64,000 nt of DNA from an uncultured delta proteobacterium (GCA_963815115.1 CAWFFN010000008.1:576001-640000), one strand, 5' to 3'; positions 11,769 to 25,639 are shown, counted from the stretch's first letter. A program made the numbers and translations. Notes: generated by a model not told the origin, from the sequence alone.

Positions 11769-14222
11769 CTAGCGGCTGCCGAACGCCGTCATCGCCGCGA
11801 TGAAGAGATAGGCGTGCTCCCAGACGTGGGGCACGTCGTTCTCGGCGACGTAGTCGGGCGCGATGCCGTCGCCGTTCACGTCGAGCTGGTAGCGGCCGTA
11901 CTGCTCGCCCATGTGCAGCGTGCCCGGCGTGGTGAGCTCGCGCACGAAGAAGCGTACCTGGTCGCGCAGCTCCGCCAGCCCCGCGGCGTCGCCGGTGGCG
12001 CGGAAGCGCATGCCGCGCGCCACCAGGTTCTCGGCGTCATAGGCGCCGCTCGGCGCCGTACGGGTGAGGATCGGGTCGATCGAACGCTCGCGCAGCCACT
12101 GGGCGTGCGACAGGGCCAGCGGCTCGCCCGGGGCGAAGAGCTCGACCGGCCAGAGCAGCCAGCCCGGGCGATCGCCGCCCGCGCCGAGGTGCGCCGGCGG
12201 CCCGGGATCCAGGAAACGGGCGCGCAGGGCGGCCTCGAGCTCGCCGGCGCGGCTCTGCCAGGCGGCCGCCTCGGCCGGGTCGAAGCCGCAGTCGCCCGCA
12301 GCGGCGGTCGCGTTCTTCAGCGCGAGGAGGACGGTCTCGGCACCCTGCAGCCCCTGGGTGAGCGGGATGTTGTCGTCCTCGTTCGCCAAGCACTGGAGCC
12401 CGGTCTGCGGATCGCGGCAGGCTGCCAGGTTGGCGGCGCCGAGCCGGATGGCGGGGCAGACGTCGGCGAGATAGGCCGTCCGCTGGGCCGGGTCGGTCAG
12501 GTGCCGCGCGTGCTCCCACATGGTCCACACGCCGAGCCCCGCCTCGTCGATCTCGAAGGAGATCGGGTTGCCCGCCACGGCCTCGTCGGGATCGGCGTAG
12601 TAGTTGGTCTCGTACGTGCCCGCGGGGACGCACGCCGGATAGCTCGGGTGAGCCGGAGCGCACGTTCCGAAGTCGTAGAGGAGCGACCACGGCCCGGGCT
12701 CCTTGCGCTGCACCCGGGCGTAGAACCGGTTGTGCCGGCTCACCAGGTCGGTGTAGCCGGCCAGGTCGAGGGCGTAGTTGATGAAGGATCCGTCGCGCGG
12801 CCAGTCGGAGCCGTAGGGATTCTGCGTGTCGACGCTCGCGACGATGGCACCGCTCGCGTCGTCCGTCGCGGTGCGCGCGACCACCAGGCTCCGCCGCGCG
12901 AAGGCGGTGATGAGCGGGTCGTCGGTGTCGGGCAGGTGCGCCGGTGCGAGGAAATCCGCCCACCAGCGCTCGGTCGCCTCGCGCTGCGCCACCGGCGACT
13001 CGGCACGGGCGCTGCGCAGCAGCTCGTACGCCTGGTCGCGCGTTCCGGCGATGGCGATGTCGAAGGTCACGGTGGCGACGCCTTTCCGGAAGCGCAGCCG
13101 GCGCGCGAGGGCCGCGTTCGCCTGGCAGGCCGCGATCGGCGACCGGCCGAGCGCACCGTCCCGGGCGTCGTCGTACGCGCTGCGGGCCTCGTAGCGCCAG
13201 CCCTCCCGGGTGCGGCAGGCGCCCACCGGCCCGCCCGGATCGAGGACGGTCGCGGAGCACACGAACAGCCCGCGCGCGAAGGGCAGGAAGTCGGGCGGCA
13301 GGTTGAAGCTCGTGATGGCGCGCTCCGCCAGCTCGCTCTGGTGCGCACACATCGGCGCGTCGTCGAAGCCCACCTGGTAGCCGTCATCGCGCCGGCGCGC
13401 CCCGAAGGCGATGTACACGCCGGCCTCCGAGAGGCCGTCGAGAACCTGGCGCACCGTCCTCCGGAGCTTGTGCGCTCCCCGGGGCGGGTCGCGCAGCACG
13501 GGATTCACCGGTCCGTAGTCGTGCGGATAGCTCTGCGCGCTCGCGGGCAGGAACTGGAGCACCGCGCGCTGGCGCGTGTCGTACGCGGCGGCGTAGTCGT
13601 TCTGGAAGTCGAGCCCCCAGTCGGCGATGGGAAAGAACGGCAGGCGGGCCAGGGTCGGCGCGAAGTTGGTGTAGAACACCATCGTGCCGCCGCGAACCGG
13701 CGAGCCGCGCTCCCGCCGCACCTCGTAGTGGCTCACGAGCACGTCGCGGTCGGGCAGGACGAAGTGGCGGGCGGTCACGTGCAGCCCGAGCGCACGGTTC
13801 GACGCCTCGTCGACGAGCACGTCCGAGGTGTCGGCGGAATAGCGCTGATCGTGGGTCCAGTCGTCGTCGCGCAGCCACGTGAAGCCGCGGCCCTTCGCGG
13901 TCCGGTAGGCGATCCCCGGAAACGCGCCCTGGCTGTCGAGGGCGCCGAAGTGCGGCAGCGTGCGCGCCTCCGGCGCGTTGGACGACAGATAGTCGAGCTG
14001 ACCGTAGAAGCTCGGACCAGGCCACTTGAGCACCGTCAGCTCGCCGCAGCCCGAGAAGGCCGCCGTCAGCCGGCCGCTGCCCAGCGCGGCGTTCACGTTG
14101 GTGGCGCCGAGCTGGAGCTCGAACGGGTTGGGTGCATCGTGGGCCACCGGGAGCTGCGGACAGGCGAAGCTTTCCGTGGCCCATGCGAGGACTGCGAGGC
14201 AGGCGAGACGACGCAGGGACAT
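11769..14222 (-). CDS. Secreted glycoside hydrolase family 15-like (glucoamylase/glucodextranase-type) protein
   Basis: Signal peptide; SGAIVAS, WPRDGSF (WxRD), EIDE and terminal PHVWEHA resembling GH15 (alpha/alpha)6 motifs. Confidence 0.75.
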   Translation of the reverse strand: MSLRRLACLAVLAWATESFACPQLPVAHDAPNPFELQLGATNVNAALGSGRLTAAFSGCGELTVLKWPGPSFYGQLDYLSSNAPEARTLPHFGALDSQGAFPGIAYRTAKGRGFTWLRDDDWTHDQRYSADTSDVLVDEASNRALGLHVTARHFVLPDRDVLVSHYEVRRERGSPVRGGTMVFYTNFAPTLARLPFFPIADWGLDFQNDYAAAYDTRQRAVLQFLPASAQSYPHDYGPVNPVLRDPPRGAHKLRRTVRQVLDGLSEAGVYIAFGARRRDDGYQVGFDDAPMCAHQSELAERAITSFNLPPDFLPFARGLFVCSATVLDPGGPVGACRTREGWRYEARSAYDDARDGALGRSPIAACQANAALARRLRFRKGVATVTFDIAIAGTRDQAYELLRSARAESPVAQREATERWWADFLAPAHLPDTDDPLITAFARRSLVVARTATDDASGAIVASVDTQNPYGSDWPRDGSFINYALDLAGYTDLVSRHNRFYARVQRKEPGPWSLLYDFGTCAPAHPSYPACVPAGTYETNYYADPDEAVAGNPISFEIDEAGLGVWTMWEHARHLTDPAQRTAYLADVCPAIRLGAANLAACRDPQTGLQCLANEDDNIPLTQGLQGAETVLLALKNATAAAGDCGFDPAEAAAWQSRAGELEAALRARFLDPGPPAHLGAGGDRPGWLLWPVELFAPGEPLALSHAQWLRERSIDPILTRTAPSGAYDAENLVARGMRFRATGDAAGLAELRDQVRFFVRELTTPGTLHMGEQYGRYQLDVNGDGIAPDYVAENDVPHVWEHAYLFIAAMTAFGSR

Positions 14223-14345
14223 GCGCGCGCTCTACCATGCCGTCGCCGGGGCGGGCCAGGAATTCGCGGGTCGTGCGATGCGGCGCCGCGGCGGCGAGCA
14301 CCGGGCGTCGTTGCGGTCTGCGGGCTCATGCTACAAGTCCGCGCC

Positions 14346-15524
<1,179 letters not shown>

Positions 15525-15526
15525 AG

Positions 15527-15789
15527 CGACCCGAGACTGCGTCTCGGGTCGGGGCGGACGGCGAGCATGAGGCCCGATGGCAGTGCGGACGTCGTGCCGC
15601 GGCCGGCGGAGCCGGCGCGGCAGTCGTCCGGCACGCCGAACCCCCGCCACCTGTGTGAGGGCCGCAGGAGGCGTCGGCAAGAACACGTGTGCCGCGCTGG
15701 CGTTGCCAGCCGCGGCACGGCGTTCGCCTGATCCACCGAACGCCACACGCTCGCTTCCGCATTCGACCCGAGACGGAGTCTCGGGTCGA
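15527..15789. repeat. Composite REP/REPIN-like element: two degenerate inverted arms, each carrying two hairpins
   Basis: CGACCCGAGAC-N3-GTCTCGGGTCG at 15527-15551 and 15764-15788; second hairpin family at 15594-15622 and, inverted, 15689-15718; lies between convergent genes. Confidence 0.8.
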
Positions 15790-15795
15790 GCTGCT

Positions 15796-16665
15796 CTAGC
15801 TGCGCGGCGGGGGCGGGAAGGCGCTGTGCTCGTGCACCTGGCTGTGCGGGCGCACCACCACCGTGCTGCCGACGTAGGCGCCCTGGTAGTCGCCGTTCGG
15901 GCCGAGCAGAACCGTCCCCGTGGGGGCGAACACGGTGCCGGCCACGACGGCGTGCGGTCCGGTACGGAACGCCGCGCCGGTGATGCCGGCCGCGATGTCG
16001 ATCCGCACGCGCTCGGCCATGAGCCCCTTCACCGCACCGAGCTGCGCCCTGGGACCGAGGCGGACGTTCTCCGCCACGCCGATGCGGCAGTCGGCCACGC
16101 AGACCACACGCGCCGCCGGGGCGAGACGGATCGAGCGCACCTGGTACGTGCCGCCGTCGAGCTGCAGCAGGGAACCCCGTCCGACCCTGATCGCGCCGTA
16201 GGCGCCCTGGGCGAGCGGGGCCGCCGACGAGCGCGGGCCGATCACCACGTCGCTGGCGCCGGGCGTGACCGCGACGGGCGCGAGCAGCGTGGGATCGACC
16301 ACCGGCGTGGTCAGCTGGAGGCATCCCGGGATCGGGGAGCCGCCCACCGTCGGACCGCCGACCACCCCCGGACCGAAGCCGGCACCCGAGACGATCTGAC
16401 AGAAGAGCCTTCCCACGCGCGCGCGACGCGCGACGCGCACCGACCCGCCCACCACCGTTCCGGGGACCTGTGCCGCGGTCGCAAGGCGAACGCTGCCCGC
16501 CGTCGCGCCGACGGCGCCGGGCTGCACGCGGGCCCCGGGACCGACGCGAACCTCGTTCACGCCGAGGACGGCGTAGGCGCGCAGGACGGGCTGCGACTGG
16601 GCAATGGCTGCGCCGCGGAGACCGATCAGCAGCGCGGCGAGGAGAACGGCACGGATCATCACCAT
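15796..16665 (-). CDS. Secreted hypothetical beta-solenoid-like protein
   Basis: Signal peptide; Gly/Val-rich repeats; C-terminal GTVFAPTGTVLLG..YQGAYVG resembling beta-helical surface proteins. Confidence 0.6.
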   Translation of the reverse strand: MVMIRAVLLAALLIGLRGAAIAQSQPVLRAYAVLGVNEVRVGPGARVQPGAVGATAGSVRLATAAQVPGTVVGGSVRVARRARVGRLFCQIVSGAGFGPGVVGGPTVGGSPIPGCLQLTTPVVDPTLLAPVAVTPGASDVVIGPRSSAAPLAQGAYGAIRVGRGSLLQLDGGTYQVRSIRLAPAARVVCVADCRIGVAENVRLGPRAQLGAVKGLMAERVRIDIAAGITGAAFRTGPHAVVAGTVFAPTGTVLLGPNGDYQGAYVGSTVVVRPHSQVHEHSAFPPPPRS

Positions 16666-16716
16666 GCCATCCTGCCACAGCCGCGCCCGACCGTCAGCCC
16701 GGACTTTCGGGCCGCT

Positions 16717-19710
16717 TCATCGCAATTGCATCGGCTTGTACTCGTACATGCGGAAGAGCACGGCCTGATCGCCCATGTGCGCGTCGGCCAGCCCGCTGCC
16801 GTCGGGCAGGTGGTGGATGAAGCCCGACTGGCCGGACGGGATCACGTTCTCCCCCACGATCCGCCGGCGCCCGACCTCGAGCGCCTGCATGTACGTGCTG
16901 CGGTTCTCCTCGGGCGCGCGGCCGAAGCTCGTCGGCTGCGTGCCGAACGAGAGGAAGTTGTTGGCGAAGTTGTCGAGGCAGTCGAAGTCGAGACTGGGTG
17001 GCGGCTGCCAGCCCCAGGAGCGCGGATCCGGGTTCCCGAAGCCCGGTGTCTGGACACTTCCCCCCGTGCACAGGCCGTAGCCCATCTGCGGCAGCGGGCC
17101 GGTGCCGGCGAGCAGGGCGATCGCGTCGTTCAAGCTCTGGACGATGATCTCGTCACGGTGGCCGCCGAAGTAGTCGCCGGTGAAGTGCTGCGGCACGCCC
17201 GAGGTGCTCGGCTCGAGCACGTGGAGGAACATGTTGTAGGTGGTCTCGTCGAGATAGTCGTTGCCGTCGATGGTGCGATCGCTGAAGTCGACGGTCCCGA
17301 CGAACGCGCCCGCGGGACTGCCGCCGGTGCTTCCGCCCCACAGGTTCTGCTTCAGCGCGTACCACCACTGGAAGAAGATCGACATCCCGGGCTGGCCGCG
17401 CGACGGGCTGTAGGTCGGGCCGTAGTGCCCATCCGGGTAGATGAGCGAGGGATCGTTCAGGTAGGCCAGCCACTCGTCCAGGACCGTGACCGCCGTGGCG
17501 AGCGTCGGATGCGCCGTCGGGTCGACCAGCGGGCTTCCCGCGGCGACGAGGGCGTCGTACGCTTCGCGGATGGCGGGCACGAGCGCCGGCGCCGCCGCCC
17601 GCACCGTATCGGTGCTGCCGTCCATCGAGCCGACGTCGCGCTCGATCTCCTGCGCGTCCTTCAGCGTCATCTGCGGGTTGTGGGCGAGCAGGAAGGCGAT
17701 GCGGTCGGAGCGGTAGATCGGCCCCCAGTGCTCGTCGTGGCTGTTGCCCTCCTGGATGTAGGGCCGGTCGGCCGGCTTGGTGTTCCAGTTGGCGAGGTAG
17801 CCCTGGGTCGGATTCGTCGAGACCAGGGAGCGGCTGAACGGCAGGTAGCGCTGCCCGCCGGGGTGCAGTCCCCACTCCTGGCTGCCCGAGCCGTCGGCGG
17901 GCAACCGGTCGTCGAACCCGGCGGGGAACGCGGGCCGTGCCCCGGCGCTCCAGTAGGCGATGTTGCCGCGCCGGTCGGCGTAGAAGAAGTTGTGCAGTGA
18001 AACCACCTGGTCGACCGAGGCCGCGAACTCGTCGAAGTTGCGGGCCAGGCCCTGGCCGAGGAAGCCCTGGACGGTGGATTGCTCGTTCTTCCAGTATGCC
18101 GTCTTGTAGGTGAAGGCGCGCGGCGGGGAGGCGCCGAGATCGAACTCGAGCACGTAACCGTGGAAGTGCGCCGGGTCGCAATCGTTGACGCGGAAGATGT
18201 TGAAGAGCAGCGGGCCGTCACCGATCGACGGACCGCCTGGCGCGTAGGCAGCGGGCCTGGACGAGTCCTCGCCGGCGAAATGGAACAGCTCGGTGCGCCG
18301 GTCCATCGGGTGATACGCGCCGTCGAGCAGGAAGGCGTACGAGGCGCTGTCGCTCTGGGGCTGGGGGAATGCCGGCGCCTGCAGGGTCTCCACGTAGAGC
18401 GTCGAGTTGTCGATCTCGCCCGAGGTCGTGGTGAAGGCGAACCGGGTGGTCTGACCGATCAGCACGCCCGGGACTCCGGCGATGAACATGCCGCCGGCCT
18501 TCATGCGCGGTGAAAGGATGTATCCCTCCCAGTCGATGTTCGGGTTGTCGAAGCCCTCCTGCGGTCCGCCCCAGAGGAGCGCGTTGCCGGAGGCGCTGCG
18601 CTCGGGTGAGACCACCCAGGCATTGCTGCCCGAGGTGATGAAGACGCCGAAGCGGCGGTTGAGCTCGCGCGCGTGCCGCTCGAGCCGGTCGGCCGCGCTC
18701 AACCCGCGCAGGATCGTACCCGGTGCGAGCTCGCTCAAGAACGCGTGCTGGGCGCCGAGCGGGTCATCGCCCGACGCGGCGAGGACCGGCGAGGGCCCGA
18801 GCAGGAGCCGCAGGCCATCGGCCAGCCGGAACGGCAAACGGATGGGCGTCGCGTCGGCGAGCGGGATGGGCGTCCGCCCGCCCTTCACGGGCGTGATCGC
18901 CCCGTGCGCCGGGATGGTCGTCGGGCTGCTGGGATCGCGAATCCAGCGCACGTCCTCGAAGACGTCGCGGGCCGCAGCCGCCGCCGTCTTCCCGGCCGGC
19001 GCGCCGGTGCGGGCGAAGTACTCGGTGAGGTAGTCGAGAAGCGCCGCCTGGCGGAGCTGGCGCCCGCCGCCACTGCCGAAGCGGCCGGCGAGCAGGCCGC
19101 CGATGGCGGCGACGTCGGTGACCCGCCACGGGTCGGGCTTGAAGACCTCGCGGCCCCCGATGAACTCGATCGTGTAGCGCACCCCGCTCGGGATCTGACC
19201 GTTGCCGGCGCCGCGCACGATCGTCGGGAGGAGGAAGAACTCGTGCGGCACTTCGGCCAGCGTCGTGTCCGCGTAGATGGAGGCGACGTGCGCGTTCACG
19301 CCGTCGACGAAGCCCTGCACGAGCGACTGCGTGTCGCAGGGGAGCGTCGACACCAGGTACTGCCGCTCCTCCTCGGAGTAGAACTGCAGGCGCGTGTCCT
19401 CGTCGTCGCCGAGGAAGCTCTGCCCGCCGATCTCCGCCAGGTTTCCGGTGGCCGACTTGCGCACGAACTCCATCTGGAAGAGGCGGTCCTCGGCCTGGGC
19501 GATGCCGGTGGCGTAGCCCACCTCGTAGAGGCTGCGTGCCTTGATGTGGGGCACGCCGTACCCGTCGCGCGTGATCCGGTAGCGCGGGCGCGCGGGCGCC
19601 CGCGCCGGACACGCGTGCGGCGTTCCGCCGACGTTGGCGGTGCAGATCGCCAGCGCGTGACCCGTGAGCACGACCAGCAGACATCCGGCGACGACGGCGT
19701 GTCGAGTCAT
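16717..19710 (-). CDS. Penicillin acylase / AHL-acylase family Ntn hydrolase (S45)
   Basis: RDGYGVPHI, AQAEDRLFQME, GSNAW N-terminal nucleophile, NWNTKP, PSGQSG. Confidence 0.92.
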   Translation of the reverse strand: MTRHAVVAGCLLVVLTGHALAICTANVGGTPHACPARAPARPRYRITRDGYGVPHIKARSLYEVGYATGIAQAEDRLFQMEFVRKSATGNLAEIGGQSFLGDDEDTRLQFYSEEERQYLVSTLPCDTQSLVQGFVDGVNAHVASIYADTTLAEVPHEFFLLPTIVRGAGNGQIPSGVRYTIEFIGGREVFKPDPWRVTDVAAIGGLLAGRFGSGGGRQLRQAALLDYLTEYFARTGAPAGKTAAAAARDVFEDVRWIRDPSSPTTIPAHGAITPVKGGRTPIPLADATPIRLPFRLADGLRLLLGPSPVLAASGDDPLGAQHAFLSELAPGTILRGLSAADRLERHARELNRRFGVFITSGSNAWVVSPERSASGNALLWGGPQEGFDNPNIDWEGYILSPRMKAGGMFIAGVPGVLIGQTTRFAFTTTSGEIDNSTLYVETLQAPAFPQPQSDSASYAFLLDGAYHPMDRRTELFHFAGEDSSRPAAYAPGGPSIGDGPLLFNIFRVNDCDPAHFHGYVLEFDLGASPPRAFTYKTAYWKNEQSTVQGFLGQGLARNFDEFAASVDQVVSLHNFFYADRRGNIAYWSAGARPAFPAGFDDRLPADGSGSQEWGLHPGGQRYLPFSRSLVSTNPTQGYLANWNTKPADRPYIQEGNSHDEHWGPIYRSDRIAFLLAHNPQMTLKDAQEIERDVGSMDGSTDTVRAAAPALVPAIREAYDALVAAGSPLVDPTAHPTLATAVTVLDEWLAYLNDPSLIYPDGHYGPTYSPSRGQPGMSIFFQWWYALKQNLWGGSTGGSPAGAFVGTVDFSDRTIDGNDYLDETTYNMFLHVLEPSTSGVPQHFTGDYFGGHRDEIIVQSLNDAIALLAGTGPLPQMGYGLCTGGSVQTPGFGNPDPRSWGWQPPPSLDFDCLDNFANNFLSFGTQPTSFGRAPEENRSTYMQALEVGRRRIVGENVIPSGQSGFIHHLPDGSGLADAHMGDQAVLFRMYEYKPMQLR

Positions 19711-19781
19711 ACCGCCTCTTCGCGCCGCGCGTCCCCTCCGTCAAGGCACGGCGCGGCGCCGGGCCCACGCCCGGCCGCCGG

Positions 19782-20950
<1,169 letters not shown>

Positions 20951-20954
<4 letters not shown>

Positions 20955-21928
20955 GACCGCCGCCGCACGGCCCGCACGGCCGTGCCGCTGGCGAGCGCCT
21001 CCTCGAGCGCGACGGAGAGCCGCTCGAGCGCCTCGGTGCCGAACTCCTCGACGAAGAGGAACGGCAGCTCGATCATCGGGGCCGGGGCGGTCCCCGCACG
21101 CAGGCGCTCGAGGTTCGCCTGGTTGATGGCCGCCCACCCGCTCTCCTCCGCCGCGCGCTCGGCGACGCAGCCGAGCAGCCCGCGCGCGCCGGTCGCGTTG
21201 CGCGCGGCGGCCTCGAGGGCGGCGATCACCTCGGGCGCGAAGCGCCGGCGGTGAAGCCGGTTGACCACCACCCAGCCGAGCGGCATCTGCAGCGTCTCGC
21301 GGAGCTGGGTGGTGGTCTCGAGCGTCTCCGCCACCGGCATCTCCTCGGCCAGCGTCACGAGGTGAACGGCAGTGGTCTCGCCGTCCTGCAGCAACCCCAC
21401 GATCTTCGCCGCTTCACGCTGCACCAGGCCCGCGCCGAAGGTGTCGCGCGCCGCCTGCGGCATGCGGAGGTACTGCAGGCTGTGTCCGGTCGCGGGCGCG
21501 TCGACCACGATCGTGTCCCAGGCCGGTCCGGCACTGCCCTGCCGGGTCGCCTCGTACCAGATCTTGCCGACCGTCATCAGCTCCTTCAGGCCCGGCGCCG
21601 CCGCCACGAAGTACTGGTAGATGCGACTCGAGAAGACGGTCTGCAGCAAGCGCTTCACGGGGATGACCAGCCCGAGGTACTCCTCGAGTGCGGCCCGCCC
21701 ATCCACCGAGAGCACGTGCAGGCCGGGAGCGACGGGGCGCGCGACGGGCGCTGCTCCGTCGGAGCCGAGCAGCGCCGGAAGGCCACCCGTCGAGTCCATC
21801 TCCACCGCGAGCGTGCGCCGGCCGCTGCGCGCCAGGAGCAGCGCCAGCGCGGCCGCTACCGTGGTCTTGCCGACGCCGCCCTTGCCGACGACGAAGTGCA
21901 ACCGCCGCTCGAGCAGCGAGCCGGGCAT
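20951..21928 (-). CDS. ArsA/GET3-family ATPase (Rv3679/BagA-like)
   Basis: GKGGVGKTT deviant Walker A, APGLKEL, DAPATGH, VTLAEEMPV. Confidence 0.88.
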
Positions 21929-23193
21929 CAGTCGACCCGGCGTATGGCCAGGGAGACGTTCGTGCCCCCGAACCCGAAGGAGTTCGAGAGCGCGACCTCG
22001 ACCGTGGCCTTGCGCGCGGTATGCGCCACATAGTCGAGGTCGCACGCCGGATCGGGGTCGTCCAGGTTGATCGTGGGCGGGAGGATGCCACGTGCGACGG
22101 CCAGGACCGTGTAGATGGCCTCGACGGCGCCGGCGGCGCCGAGCGTATGGCCGGTCATCGACTTGGTGGAGCTCACCGCGAGGCGGGGCGCATACTCGCC
22201 GAACAGGCGCTTGATCGCCCGGGTCTCTGCCTCGTCGTTGTGCGGCGTACCCGTGCCGTGCGCGTTGATGTAGCCCACCGCGTCCGGCGTCACGCCGGCG
22301 TCGACCAGGGCCTGCGCCATGCACTCGGCCGCTCCTTCGCCACCGGGCGAGGGCTGCGTCATGTGATAGGCGTCGCAGTTGGCGCCGAAGCCCGCGACTT
22401 CCGCCAGGATGTGCGCGCCGCGCTTCCGGGCATGATCGAGCTCCTCCAGCACCAGCATGCCGGCACCCTCCGCGACCACGAAGCCCTCGCGGCCACGATC
22501 GAAGGGCCGGCTGGCCCGGACGGGATCGTCGTTGTAGCCGGTGGCGAGGGCGCGCATGGCAATGAACCCGCCGACGCCGAGCAGACAGACGGGCGCCTCG
22601 GCGCCGCCGGCGAGGATGATGTCCTGGCGGCCGTCGCGGATGTGCAGCACGGCGTCGCTGATGGCGTGCGCGCCCGACGCGCAGGCGCTCGTCGTCGCAT
22701 AGCTCGGACCGCGCGCGCCGTAGCGCATCGCGATGTGTCCGGAGGCCATGTTGGGGATCAGCTTGGGAATGAAGAAGGGCGACACCCGGCGCACGTCCTG
22801 GGTGGCGAAGTGGTGGTAGGCCGCCTCGAGACTCTCGAGACCGCCCATGCCAACGCCCACGATCACCCCGGCCCGCTCCGGGCGGTCGAACGGCGCCGGC
22901 AGACCGGACTCCTCCATCGCCATCTGGGCGGCGGCGACGGCATACTGGATGAAGACGTCCATCTTCTTCAGGTCCTTGCGCTCGATGAAGCGCTCGGACT
23001 CGAAGTCGGGCACCTCGCCCGCGATGCGAACCGCCAGGTTGGAGGCGTCGAAGCGCCTGATCTCACGCACCCCCGAGCGCCCGGCCACCAGCGCCTCCCA
23101 GTTGCGTTCCGTGCCCGTCCCGAGCGGCGTGACGAGACCGACCCCCGTCACCACCACCCGCCGTCGCGTGCCGTTCGCGTGCAGAATCGCCAT
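21928..23193 (-). CDS. fabF: 3-oxoacyl-ACP synthase II
   Basis: [15 protein letters not shown] (Cys), NAHGTGT and GHTLG (His pair), [10 protein letters not shown]. Confidence 0.95.
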   Translation of the reverse strand: MAILHANGTRRRVVVTGVGLVTPLGTGTERNWEALVAGRSGVREIRRFDASNLAVRIAGEVPDFESERFIERKDLKKMDVFIQYAVAAAQMAMEESGLPAPFDRPERAGVIVGVGMGGLESLEAAYHHFATQDVRRVSPFFIPKLIPNMASGHIAMRYGARGPSYATTSACASGAHAISDAVLHIRDGRQDIILAGGAEAPVCLLGVGGFIAMRALATGYNDDPVRASRPFDRGREGFVVAEGAGMLVLEELDHARKRGAHILAEVAGFGANCDAYHMTQPSPGGEGAAECMAQALVDAGVTPDAVGYINAHGTGTPHNDEAETRAIKRLFGEYAPRLAVSSTKSMTGHTLGAAGAVEAIYTVLAVARGILPPTINLDDPDPACDLDYVAHTARKATVEVALSNSFGFGGTNVSLAIRRVD

Positions 23194-23216
23194 GCTAGGA
23201 GCGCGCCGCGGGGGAG

Positions 23217-23975
23217 TCAAGGAAACGTTCCGAGACGGCCGAGCCCTCGTCGCCAGAGCGCAAGATAGAGCACCACGGTGCTCACCACCAGTGCGGCTGC
23301 GACCAGGTCGCCGATCCCGGGCGCCGGCCGTGGAAAGCGGGTGCGCGGCCGGCCCGAGTTGAAGCCCCGCAGCTCCAGCGACATCGCCATCCAGTCGGCC
23401 CGGCGGAGCGCCCCGATGAACACCGGCACGATCACCGGCCCGAAGTGCTTGAGGCGCGTGAGCGGTCCGCCGCGCCGCAGATCGAGCCCGCGACAGCGCT
23501 GGGCCTGCACGATGGTGACGGCCGACTCGAAGAACACCGGCACCAGCCGAAAGGCGAGCGTGAGCGTGAACCCCACGAGATAGGGCACGCCGAGGCGGCG
23601 CAGCCCGTAGGCCACCTCTTCCACGCGCGTGGTGGTGAGGAAGAGCAGCCCCGTGACCAGGAACGTGCACAGGCGGATCCCCATCGAGATGCCGTACTCC
23701 AGGCCCTGCTCGCGCGTGGCGGCTCCGTAGAAGAACGTCCAGATGATCACCGTGACCACGAACACGATGACCAGCGCCGGTGTGAAGCGCCTGAGGTTCG
23801 GCAGCCCGCCGGCAAGCAGGAGGAACACCGTCACCGGCAGCCCGAGGGCGGCCAGCAGCACGGGGCGGTCGACCACGAAGGCGGCCACGACCAGACCGAA
23901 CAGCGCCAGGAGCTTGGTCACGGGATGGAGGCGATGGACGAACGTCGCCGCCGGCACGTAGAGGGTGAGGGTCAT
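23217..23975 (-). CDS. ecfT: ECF transporter T component
   Basis: [14 protein letters not shown] and SLELRG X-R-X motifs; TM segments. Confidence 0.9.
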   Translation of the reverse strand: MTLTLYVPAATFVHRLHPVTKLLALFGLVVAAFVVDRPVLLAALGLPVTVFLLLAGGLPNLRRFTPALVIVFVVTVIIWTFFYGAATREQGLEYGISMGIRLCTFLVTGLLFLTTTRVEEVAYGLRRLGVPYLVGFTLTLAFRLVPVFFESAVTIVQAQRCRGLDLRRGGPLTRLKHFGPVIVPVFIGALRRADWMAMSLELRGFNSGRPRTRFPRPAPGIGDLVAAALVVSTVVLYLALWRRGLGRLGTFP

Positions 23976-25639
23976 CGCGTCCCGTCCTCCTGCAGCCACG
24001 AGACCAGCTCGTCGACGGACAGCGGCGTGCAGCCGAGCGCCTGCCCGAGCAGGGTCACCTCGGGAGCGCGGAACGCGGCCTCGGCGACCCGCGCCGGGTC
24101 GGCGAAGAAGTCGCGCACGCTGCCGTCGAAGCGCAGCCGGCCCTGCGCCAGCAGCAGCACGCGCTCGGCATACTCCGCGATCACCCAGGGCGTGTGCGTG
24201 ATCACCAGCACCGTGCGGCCGGCCTGCCGGAGCGTGCGCAGCAGCTCGAGCATGCGGCGCTGCTCCTGCCAGTCGAGGCCGGTCGTCGGCTCGTCGAGCA
24301 CGAGGACCTCGGGTCGCAGCGCGAGCACGGACGCCACCGCCAGGCGCTGGCGCGCACCCTTGTCGAGCAGGAACGGATCCGCATCGCGTCCCGCGAGGCC
24401 GACGGCCGCGAGCGCTTCCTCCACCCGGAGCGCCACCTCGACGGCGGGAAGTCCCAGGTTCCGCGGGCCGAAGGCCACCTCGTCCTCGACGGTGGCTGCG
24501 AAGAGCTGGTGGTCGGGATCCTGGAACACGAATCCCACGCGCTGGGCGATCTCCTCCAGCGGACAGGCGGCGACGTCGCGTCCCTCGAGCCGCACCGCGC
24601 CGGTGGTGGCACGCAGGAGCCCGTTCAGGTGCTTGGCGAGCGTCGTCTTGCCGGAGCCGTTGCGGCCGATGAGCGCGACCAGCTCGCCGCGGCCGATCGT
24701 GAAGCTCACGTCGGTCAATGCCTCGCGCCCGTCGGCGAAGCGGTACCCGAGGCGCTCGACGACGAGCACGGAGGCGCCGCGCCGCGGCGCCGGAGGGAGG
24801 GTCGGAGCGCGGGCGATCCGCCCTGCCGCCCGCAGCCGCTCCGCCGCCTCGGCGACGTCGAGCGGCGGCGCCGACTCGTGGACGGCGTCGAAGACGCGGC
24901 ACACGTCGTGCGGCCGCACGCCCGCCGCGGCGCAGGACTGGACGTCGGCCAGCACCGACGCCGGCGGGCCGCTGGCCACCACGCGGCCGGCGGCGAGCAG
25001 CACGAGGTGGTCGGCAGCCGCCGCGGCGCCGACGTCGTGCTCGATCAAGAGCACCGCGACCCCCTCGCGGCGGAGACCGGCCAGCACCGCGAACACCTCG
25101 GCGCGCCCCACCGGGTCGAGGTCGGTGGTCGGCTCGTCGAGCACCAGGATGGGCGGGCGCAGCGCCAGGAGGCCGGCGATCGCGAGCCGCTGCTTCTCGC
25201 CTCCCGACAGCGTCCCGGGATCACGCCCCTCGAAGCCGGTGAGCCCGACGGCGGCGAGCGCGTCACGCACCCGGGGCGCCATCTCGCGCGGCGGGACGCC
25301 CGTCTGCTCGAGGGCGAAGACGACTTCCTGCGTGACGTCGGTGGAGAAGAGCTGCGCCTCGAAGTCCTGGAACACCATCCCGATCAGCCCGGCCAGCTCC
25401 GCGACGCGGCGGCCCGCGATCGACTCACCCTCGAGGCGGACGTCTCCGTGCACCTCGCCGGCCAGGAAGCACGGGACGATGTTGGTGAGGCAGCGCGCCA
25501 GCGTGGTCTTCCCCGCCCCGGTGGCGCCCATGACGACGGTGAGGGTCCCGGCAGGCACCGAGCAGTCGACGCCGGAGAGCGCCGGCCGCCCGGCGTCGGC
25601 GTAGGTGCAGCCGAGACCCTGGACCGCGATCCCGGACAT
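23972..25639 (-). CDS. ECF transporter fused A-A' ATPase
   Basis: Two NBDs: [22 protein letters not shown] and [22 protein letters not shown]. Confidence 0.93.
   Translation of the reverse strand: MSGIAVQGLGCTYADAGRPALSGVDCSVPAGTLTVVMGATGAGKTTLARCLTNIVPCFLAGEVHGDVRLEGESIAGRRVAELAGLIGMVFQDFEAQLFSTDVTQEVVFALEQTGVPPREMAPRVRDALAAVGLTGFEGRDPGTLSGGEKQRLAIAGLLALRPPILVLDEPTTDLDPVGRAEVFAVLAGLRREGVAVLLIEHDVGAAAAADHLVLLAAGRVVASGPPASVLADVQSCAAAGVRPHDVCRVFDAVHESAPPLDVAEAAERLRAAGRIARAPTLPPAPRRGASVLVVERLGYRFADGREALTDVSFTIGRGELVALIGRNGSGKTTLAKHLNGLLRATTGAVRLEGRDVAACPLEEIAQRVGFVFQDPDHQLFAATVEDEVAFGPRNLGLPAVEVALRVEEALAAVGLAGRDADPFLLDKGARQRLAVASVLALRPEVLVLDEPTTGLDWQEQRRMLELLRTLRQAGRTVLVITHTPWVIAEYAERVLLLAQGRLRFDGSVRDFFADPARVAEAAFRAPEVTLLGQALGCTPLSVDELVSWLQEDGTR

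Noticed and set aside
11814-14345. Apparent 840-aa N-terminal extension of the acyl-CoA dehydrogenase
   Set aside because: Overlaps the GH15-like gene on the opposite strand; family similarity starts at Met 14346.
15567-15731. 54-aa ORF inside the palindromic element
   Set aside because: No RBS or motif; better explained as part of the repeat structure.
15527-15789. Possible mini-CRISPR array
   Set aside because: Only two repeats, about 210 bp apart, with internal inverted symmetry; no cas genes in the window.
15577-18000. 807-aa ORF on the + strand
   Set aside because: Antisense to two well-supported minus-strand genes.
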